DNA of 64,000 nucleotides from positions 11,654,286 to 11,718,285 of the forward strand of contig CM082581.2 of assembly GCA_040954595.2 (NCBI GenBank), read 5' to 3'. Below the pieces are notes generated by a model. It searched no databases, was not told the origin of the DNA, and saw only the letters and a list, made by a program, of their open reading frames with translations. This document shows positions 55,501 through 64,000 of the stretch, one piece after another (positions within the stretch are counted from its first letter, which is position 1; the number at the start of each line of letters is the position of its first letter). Made by a program: the position numbers and the translations under genes. This DNA comes from Balanoglossus misakiensis. Taxonomy: Eukaryota > Animalia > Hemichordata.

Positions 55501-56192
55501 CTTGGGACACACACCTAGTACACGTCCCTAATTGACCGCTTTATTACTTTGAGACAACATCCCAAAAGCGGTGTTTATGGCTCAACGAGACATGGAGCTA
55601 CTGACGTGACATTGGGGAAATTATATCGATTGACTCGGGCTGGATATTTATCACGAGCGCTTGGACCGGATAGAGTTGTAACGTGTGGACATTTTCAAGG
55701 TGCAGTTGCGTTTTCCTAGGCAGTCTCCAGTGTGGTGTAAAAACACACTGACGCGTGGACATGACTACATTCATGCGAATCTAATGCTCCATTTAGTTCA
55801 TGATTTTCGGGGCAATAGTGCACTATTACTTCCACAGTCACATGTTTGGATATTACTCAACGATGGGCCCGGAATTGTGGACGTACTTCAAGCTATTAGA
55901 AGGAGCTCAGTGTTTTTATCGATGTAATTTTCCAAGACTGTAATTATTTATGTCCCCGACAATCGACTGTCAAACTTCATAACACACTTCTAATGAATTT
56001 AACGCCTTAGTGTTTTGCGTTCATTTAGCTGTTATAGCCAGTCTTTTTATGGATGTGTGTGGTGTTTATCAGTTTTTGTCTTTTGTTCGACGTGATTTGT
56101 ACAACAATAGCGTCATTAGTGTCGTTGTTTTCTTTCCCATAGGGTTTCAAGTAAAAAGCTAAACCACGCTGTTCTGGAGAAGAGAGGCCAAG

Positions 56193-59100
56193 ATGGCGAG
56201 GTTACACGGCCTTCTACTGTTTCTTTCAACGGTTGGATTTGTTCTCACCAAACAGGGTAGGATGACACTTTTAAAAATAGTAGTTCAGAAATGCAGAGTC
56301 GTGTAGTGCGCAAAGTAATGTGGTCTCGGTCGCCAAAAAGACTGTGGTATGAGTGAAACTGGGAATGGCCGCGGATCGATCGCGCTCTGAGCCTTTTCAG
56401 AACCAGCTACTGTTTTGAATTGGTTCTCGCGAGTTCCTTTCGCAGCTCGATCCCGAAGTTGCATTGAATTTCTGTGTGTATGTGTATGTGTGTGATTTAG
56501 CGTGTCCTCAGATGACTGATGTATTCCCCAGACATTCAAGCTCGGTCGTTTTCCCCCTCTCAATTGAGTTCAGATCGCCATTTCGTCTAATTAGCGATTG
56601 ATTTATGTCCCTGCTCGCAGTGTGTAGAATACTTCCATTGTGCAACACCTCCGAATAAAACTAGGTCTTGCAATGGAAGCCATAAAAGTACTACCCGTTG
56701 AGCGCCAGTTTATATTTGACACGGACGTGTTAGCCGTCAATGAGGAATCACTTGTAAAATGAGCCATTTCACATTGTTGGCTGAATTTTATGAAAGATTT
56801 GATGGCGGATGTTTGATGAGAGGGGCTGGCCTTTCATTAGCCGGTATTTATCACCTAGGGGCTAATTCAGCTGTAGTGAGTCTGCAGTGTGTTGTATTGA
56901 AAAGCTCGTTACTCCTTCCCAAACAGTTCATTTCTGGGATAATTGTTTATAGACTGTAGTCTGTAGACAAGGTCTTTGTCTAGTTTTTGGTGCTGTCTTT
57001 TTCATTCCTTGCGGAACCACTTCAGTAGGACAGCCATTTTTGATCTCCCAGTCCACCTAGTTACCGATAGCATGACCGGATAAGTTGACCCGATGTAATT
57101 TATTATGTTTGCTGGGAATATTAACGTGTATTTGGTGTTGTTTTTAAACTCAAAATACGACGTAATTTATGACAACCAAGCCTAGCTGGACAACTGTTTG
57201 TTGGCACCCAGACCCCATTGTTTCTCATGCATATACTGGTCCAGTGTTGTTGCTGTTACCCAAAACTCAGACATACACTTGACTGCACCCCCCCCCCCCA
57301 AGTTAAAATATGACATTTGTGTGTCAATGATTTGCAACTGCAGATAAAAACCATGCAGGTTAGCTCTCGGCAAACACAGTTGTTTGGAAGCTTCTGAAAA
57401 TACCAACATTGCTACTTTTTTTTATTTAGACATGATATGTGCGTGTGTCCATAACTTATGTACAAAGCACCCTAGAAGAAGATTAACTTACAGCTATAAA
57501 GGAAAAATATCATTTAAAAAATAATAGTGATAGTCGAAGCAGTTTTGAGAGAGATCTCAGTGGGCCAGCCAGTGTTACCACAAAGACTTGTACGCCATGG
57601 CCACATTTCATTGGAGGCATGTATAGTAATCCATCAACAGCCTTGAATAAAAGAAACATACTTAAAGCTGCAAGCCCCACAAACAAAGTCCTTTATGTTT
57701 GAAAGAAACTGGAGCTAAAGGAACTGAAATTGTAGATGCAGTCTAAATTCTAGCTCTCACCATGATGCATTGCATCGGCGAGGATAGGTCTAGGGTCGCC
57801 TTAATTATGGAGGATGCCAGTGTCTATTTCTGAACTGTCATGGAACGTGTGGTTTCAGAGATAACTTGTCGTGGGAGAAGACAGAAAAAAAGGGGGCAAA
57901 AAGATGATTAGGGACTGGGTTGAGATAATGAAGCTGTGACCTTGCAGGGAGGAGATGTTTGACCTCTGACCCAAAGATAAGTAGGGACTAGCATAAATTA
58001 AAGTGCTTGCCAGGGCGGGCACCCTTGTCGATTCATTATAATCGCAATCAGACAGAAAGATGGTAAACATGGCAGTGATGGGGGGGACTACTGTGGGAGC
58101 CGATAGCAGCCATGGTTGTTGCATTGTGTTACATGGAAATGCAGCATGGCGGCCCAGGACGCTTTGAAGTTGGTAGACGCCGGATCGAGTTCACCCGAGT
58201 ACCACAGGCAGCCAGTTGGGATAAAATATGTCAGAGTGGAGCTAACTGACAGGAGATTTATTGGGGTCTGTCACAAGCGGCCACAAGGCAAAGGAGCCGT
58301 ACATTGTGAAAGTTGAAATGAGACAAGCTCATTTGCATGGCAGTGTTGCCATTTGGAGTCAAGGCAGGACACTGGCTGACAGTGACAAATTGCTACATTT
58401 CTGCACTAAAGCTCCGACATGTACCGAACCATGTGTTTGCTCGTGTATCTTGTAGACAGCATAGAATGGACGGGAAAACAATCAGTGTTAACAGTCTAAC
58501 ACTTGGCTCTGGAATATTCCAATAAAAATGCCAAAATCTCGGTGTCCCCCCCCCTCCTCCCAAGAAACCAAACCTGGAGCACACATGTAAACCTTGGGAC
58601 TTATTTTGGTAAGACTTGAGGTCAAATAAGAGTCAGCGTTCAGTGTTATCATGACCCAACACTGAAAAACTACAGAATTGTTATCTTTGCACTAATGGTT
58701 GTTTTTCTTGTGTATGCTGGGGGACTCAGGCATGCCAGACTTTTTTTTTTTAACTTGCTGGTCTAACCCCAAATGTCAAGATGAAAAATGGCATCACAGA
58801 ACTTGAGAAACGTGTTTTTTCGACTTCCATGGGAGGAAAAAAATAATGGGATTGAGATCAAGGTCAAGGGAAAAGTTGAGATTGTTGTGGACGCCATTAA
58901 TTTAGTTTGCTTGAAAAGAGGTGTCAGACTAAAGAGGGAAAGATTGTGAGAAACGGGCCGAGCTGTCAGATGCGGAATGTTGGGTGTAGAAAGCCGACGT
59001 ACCGAGAACCAATCGGTAGGAAGCAATCCATCGCAAATGTTTGTGTTGGACAAAGTTGTCAACATTCAGATCTGACAAGAAACAGGAGTCAGTATGGCTG

Positions 59101-62100
59101 CAAAATGAGAACCACACACTTAGTCATGCACATTGCCCGAACACTGTTTACCTTTCCGCGTTTTCTCATGTGATCGTATTCACATTGAAAACTTTTCTCC
59201 CAGAAAGAAAAAAAAAAATGGCGCCGGAGGGGTGACTGGCTGAGTTCTTGAATTTCTTATCCAATGGGCAAAATGCGCACACATTTGGCATTGCGTTACA
59301 AATAATTTATTTAAAAACAAAGATAAATATCATAGGGTATAAAGGAGCAATTAATAGCCAGGGTGGTCGCGATCTGCTTTGTGAGCGAATGACTGGGAGA
59401 AGTATTTAAACACATTTTTCATACAGTGGCAAAGAGGAAAGCAGGTTTACGAGTGTTTTATGTGTAAGTGTAGGTTTTATGATAGTAGGCTATATTTGGG
59501 ATTACGACATATTTTGGCAGCATTTGGTCAGGATTATACGCTGTAAAATGATGATTAATTCATGATAGAAGGCAGCAGAGCATATACAGTTGAATGAATG
59601 CAACCATGTAACTGCCACTCAGCTATGACCGTAAAATATTCACTACTGCATATTACTAATGACCAATTAAATTCCAATAATAGTAACCATGGACAAATTT
59701 GTACTTTCCTTCGATTCAGACAACGTAGACGGGTTGAAAAATTTGCCTACTTTGCCAGCAGCATGGCCGCTGTTCAGTGATTGTAATTCTTCTGGCAGGC
59801 ATTGATGTCTGCTACCAGATTAGGTTTTGCGAATTTCACTTTCCCGTTAAAAATGGGCCTTGCCTTTTTTTGTTGCAGCGTTTGGTTATTGGGTTGTACA
59901 GCACATTGTGTTGTTGAGAAAATTGTTTCCATAGCGAATAATGCATTGCATATTTTGAAGCGCTCAAGTGATGGCCTTTGTGTGTTACGTTTTATCGCTG
60001 TAATGATTCAATTAAAGCACAGCTTTATAATTGAATGAAATTTAGACTTCTCCCCATACCAACGTTATTATTACATCTAAATTAGATCAGACCATGTATA
60101 AATTAATGTATGCCTGTTCCTCAACTGGTGATCGGCTTTCAGACAACTACAACATCATTAATTTTGTCTAAACGTAATTAGAATTATGAGTCAGAGTTAT
60201 GCTATTGTGGTCAGATTTGCAGTGTAAGATGATGCCAAATTTGATTTCAGTAGAGAATCGAGCTTTACATAGAATAAAAAAGATAATTACATTAGTTGAT
60301 GCCCATTGTAATTTTATAATGATAAATATAAGATATAGATTTCAAGAGCCAAATTTTATTACTATCCTGCCATTAATAGCAAGATCGAAATGAGTGTTTT
60401 TTTTCCCCGGATAACTGCACAACATTTTTCCTTATTTTAAATACAAGATCCAGATACTTAAATCATTGCAGAGCTAGTCTTGTGCCCGACAGATCTTACA
60501 TCAGACAGTGATTGCAACAGAAGAGAAATAATTTCTAGTGATGAGGAAGATTAAAAAGATGACCTCATCATTAGTTCATATTTTAATTTCTATTTTCTGA
60601 AATCTTTCACTTTTGACCCTGTTTCTGTGCACAGAGATCCAAGGTGTTGTATAAATTGATGGGTAAGATTAAAATAGCAGTTGTGAAAATGTAGATATTG
60701 TGCGATTGGCAGGTTAGAAGTCGGCATTTTGGGCTGGCTGCCATGTATAATTTTTCTGTCTCCAGTTTCTTGTCATCTGGTCATTAATCCTCTCTTCCGA
60801 ACAAAAGAAGTTTGTTTTCAAATACAGAGATGGTGTATTTTCCCCATGACGACTGATTGTGTTCGATCTAGGTGTTCTCTTTTTTCTGTGCCAGTACAGT
60901 CAGTCTGGTGTTGATTTCTCTGATGTAACTACGAGGAGTTGTGTCACCGTGCAAAATGTCAGGGAGATCTATGAACTGCGTTTCCACGGATTCTGCGTTG
61001 AGGAAGTGATAGTCCATGATAATAGCACCCAAGTTGGGCTCATAAACTGGGTAATGCTAGGAGGCCTTAAATCATTGCATTGTCACAAAGCTATAAAATC
61101 CTAACTGTGTTAGTTTTCCTGTGTTGAGATGTGTCAATTTATGCCGCTCTTGGCTGCTACCTGTTGTAAATCAATACCTCTTGACTTGGTTGACGGTGAC
61201 ATTGAACTGTGTGCACCCTCGTGGTTTTGTGTGATGTACATGGCTTGATGGAAACTATGGTGATATTTTGGCTTCATTGTCTGTTGCCACATGTACAGAG
61301 TAATGAATATATCATCAGTGATAGCGTAAATTCAGTGCCACTGACTGCATTTTCTGTGGTGTGTGCGCTCAATCAGGCCGCAGACTACATTTTTTTTTGG
61401 TTCTCACACGGGTATTTAGTCATCCATCATCACTCGGCCAGCCTCTGTTTGTTTTTATTTTTCCTGCCTGATGTCATGGCTTGATAATCCCTTTGAATTC
61501 CGAGTGGAAACAGTCAGATTGCAATGGAAGGAGCAGAGGGGGTATTATGTCAAGATCCGATGGATTTTGAATAAAAAATTCATTACAGAAAATCTAATTA
61601 TGAAATGTACCCACTGTGAGTGCTGGTAGTGGGATTTAGTAATGCTGCCAAGTCATTCACACAACACACAAGGCATTGATTGAATAAAGAATAGACATAT
61701 ATGTAAATATATAAAAATATATACATTAAACATTCGTCTTAGTAGAAAATTGAAAAGAACAAAAGAATTTGGAAGATAAATCTTGGGTCAGTTTTATTTC
61801 TGTTTATTCTGAAGAAATTTGAATGAAATTGCCACTAGTAAATAAAAATTGAAGAAAATAGAAAGGAACTGAAAATTGCAAATTGAATATTTAAGCAATA
61901 AAACACCCCCAGCCATGGTATATCACGAGATTTTGACCAGTTCACGACATATACGCACGAGCGATAGCGAGTGCGTATATGGAGTTGAACTGGTCAAAAT
62001 CGAGTGGTATACCATGGCTGGGGGTGTTTTATTGCTATTATATTATGCCAGTATATTGAAACTTTGCATAAAACATTTTAAAAAGGCATTTTCTTTAACT

Positions 62101-63738
62101 ATGATATATGACTGTGGTATATGGCTAATATATCACGGTCACGTGTCGTGTCTCGACCAATCAAATAGCGTGATTTACACCATCAATATACTGGTATAAT
62201 ATAATATAATATAAATGAAATGTACATGATAGAGACAAGAGGGTTGTGTGAATGTTCTTTTGAGAGTCTTGTATGTAGAAGACGCTGTTCTGAAGGTTTT
62301 TGTGTGTATAATGTTCGTGTGTGGCTTTGAGAGGCAGAAATGGCCTTAGATCACAGCAACATAGCGAAAACAATTTCCTCGAGATAAATTGGAATCGAGA
62401 TGAATGAGTCGAAACAGGTGATTGTGAATCATGCAAGATGTGAATAATGGAATCGGGGAGTGAGATTGATTGACATGTAGCAGGGTTAGGGGGTTTTCCG
62501 CGCTAATGCCGTACAGAGTCAACCCGGAGAGAGTGGATTCAACACGGATAATACATACAAAGTGGGAAGGGATGGAAATATGAAAGTTCATGGATCAGCG
62601 TGTGGCAGTACAAGTGAGACGAGTGCGATGCCAGAGATACGCAGAGGCAGGCCGTGTCAGCTATGCATTCACAACAGCTGTCTACACAACCGCCCAAACC
62701 CTATTTGTTTACTTTAGCTCCAAACTGAGCCAGGTCCATTTGGATTTTTGTGTTTCCCTTATCCTGGGACTAGAGCGCGGTAACCCCAGAAGTGCTCTGA
62801 ATTCCCAGCGTCTAATTGAAATCAAAATCAATCCAGGTTTTTATTGCATTATCTTGTAAATGATTTCACATCAATATTTCAGAGGGCTGTGCTCATAACC
62901 CAGCCGGCTAGATCGACAGTTGCCATGGTGATTGGTAATTGAGATCATGTTGCTGTGTTAAGTTAACACAGCCATGTTCGTATCTGGAGAACATACAGTG
63001 ATATATGAACGCCCAAATCTTTCGTCTGTTGTAGGCATTTTTTCTCCGGTGATGACCAACTTGTTGGCATGACTTGTTGGTTTGTGAAATGGAGAATTCA
63101 GGGTGACAGTAAATCCTGAGATGTTGTGATGTTTCAATAACACAGTATTTGATGTGACACTTGATATAGTTTCCATGATTTCCTCACTGAAATGTATCCC
63201 AGATATTTTACCCCCAGTCATTGCACTGGTTGCACCAGGGAATTTTTCAGGGGGGTCTTGTATGTCAGGTGAGCCCCTCAGCAGCCTGAAAATTATGCAA
63301 CCCTCACATTATTATACGATTTCTCTGTTACATCCCTGAGATTGTAAAAAATGTAAATAGAGTTGATTGTGCTGTAGAATCTCACCTCAATGTTGATTAA
63401 CAGTTCAGCTGCAGTTGTAAAAATCCTTATTTTAATAAAATTTTCATTTTTTCTCCTTTTTTCAGGACCTCCTAGACTATCGCAAAGAGTCAACGGTTTT
63501 CAGAGAGTGCGGGAGGGTAGAACTATCAAATTATTGTGTCCAGTTGAAGGGGACCCGCCCCTCCTCTCCACGTGGATAAAAGACAAACAAAATATTCTCT
63601 CTGGTTGGAAAAGATTTCATGTTTTGCGGCAAGGATTAAAAATACAAGATGTGGAGCTGGAAGACACTGGACAGTATGTCTGCAAAGTCACCAACGGTTT
63701 TGGAACAGTGACTGTTAATTATTCTCTCACAGTGCAGG
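56193..63738 (+). CDS. FGFRL1: Fibroblast growth factor receptor-like 1, 5' part (signal-peptide exon and Ig D1 exon); continues past the window end
   Basis: Signal exon 56193-56256 (MARLHGLLLFLSTVGFVLTKQ; acceptor at 56141-56142, phase-1 donor) joins in frame to exon 63466-63738 (GPPRLSQRV...GRTIKLLCPVEGDPPLLSTWIKD...SGWKRFHVLRQGLKIQDVELEDTGQYVCKVTNGFGTVTVNYSLTV). This closely matches vertebrate FGFRL1 D1 (CPVEGDPPPL..W.KD...SGW.RF.VL.QGLK...D.G.YVCKATNGFG). The signal exon assignment is less certain than the D1 exon. Confidence 0.85.
61887..62205. mobile_element. Second, inverted copy of the ~320-bp hairpin element, inside an FGFRL1 intron
   Basis: Reverse complement of 11928-12246; only one substitution noticed by eye. 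Confidence 0.85.
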
Positions 63739-64000
63739 GTAAGTGGAATTCTCAAAAAAAAATTTTTTTCCTATCAAATATTTTATTTCTGGATAAATGA
63801 ATTTGACATCAGTTTTTGATGTATTGGTGGACGTGGACAGTGAATGAGAAAATTGGACTTAACAATTGATTTGAGTCCAAGTTTCTATATTCATTGACTG
63901 ATGTCTTCCTTGCTTTTTTTCTTTCTTTGTGACATGTGGTGTTGATATGGGATGGTAGAGATGGCTCGTTGTGGCATGATTGCCTTTGGTGCTTGTGCAC

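Noticed and set aside
54909-55514. 201-aa minus-strand ORF upstream of FGFRL1
   Set aside because: No ATG at the listed start, no recognisable domain and no splice partners; possibly non-coding transcription only.

Overview
Intron-rich animal genomic DNA, probably from an invertebrate deuterostome (hemichordate/ambulacrarian-like; an inference from gene content and FGFR exon structure). All recognisable genes lie on the + strand. In order: the 3' part of a MIEAP/SPATA18-like gene (to 5598); an 887-aa protein with six U1/matrin-type (JAZ/ZNF346-like) zinc fingers fused to a RIG-I/MDA5/Dicer-type DExD/H helicase that has neither CARDs nor a C-terminal domain, behind a region dense in NF-kB, CRE/AP-1 and ISRE-like motifs; two tandem atypical DUSP3-like phosphatases plus a decayed third copy; a kinase-less five-Ig FGFR-like receptor (D2-D3-D1-D2-D3) with a Cys-pair mini-exon in each D3 and a GC-AG intron; ADP-ribosylhydrolase ARH3 (ADPRHL2); about 16 kb without recognisable genes; and the first two coding exons of FGFRL1. 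Also present are a near-identical pair of ~320-bp hairpin-containing non-autonomous elements, a short TTAA-type MITE family and microsatellites. The best candidates for a new system are the zinc-finger/RLR-helicase dsRNA sensor locus (with its tightly linked phosphatase) and the double-module FGF decoy receptor. Exon boundaries were read by eye; no database searches were run.
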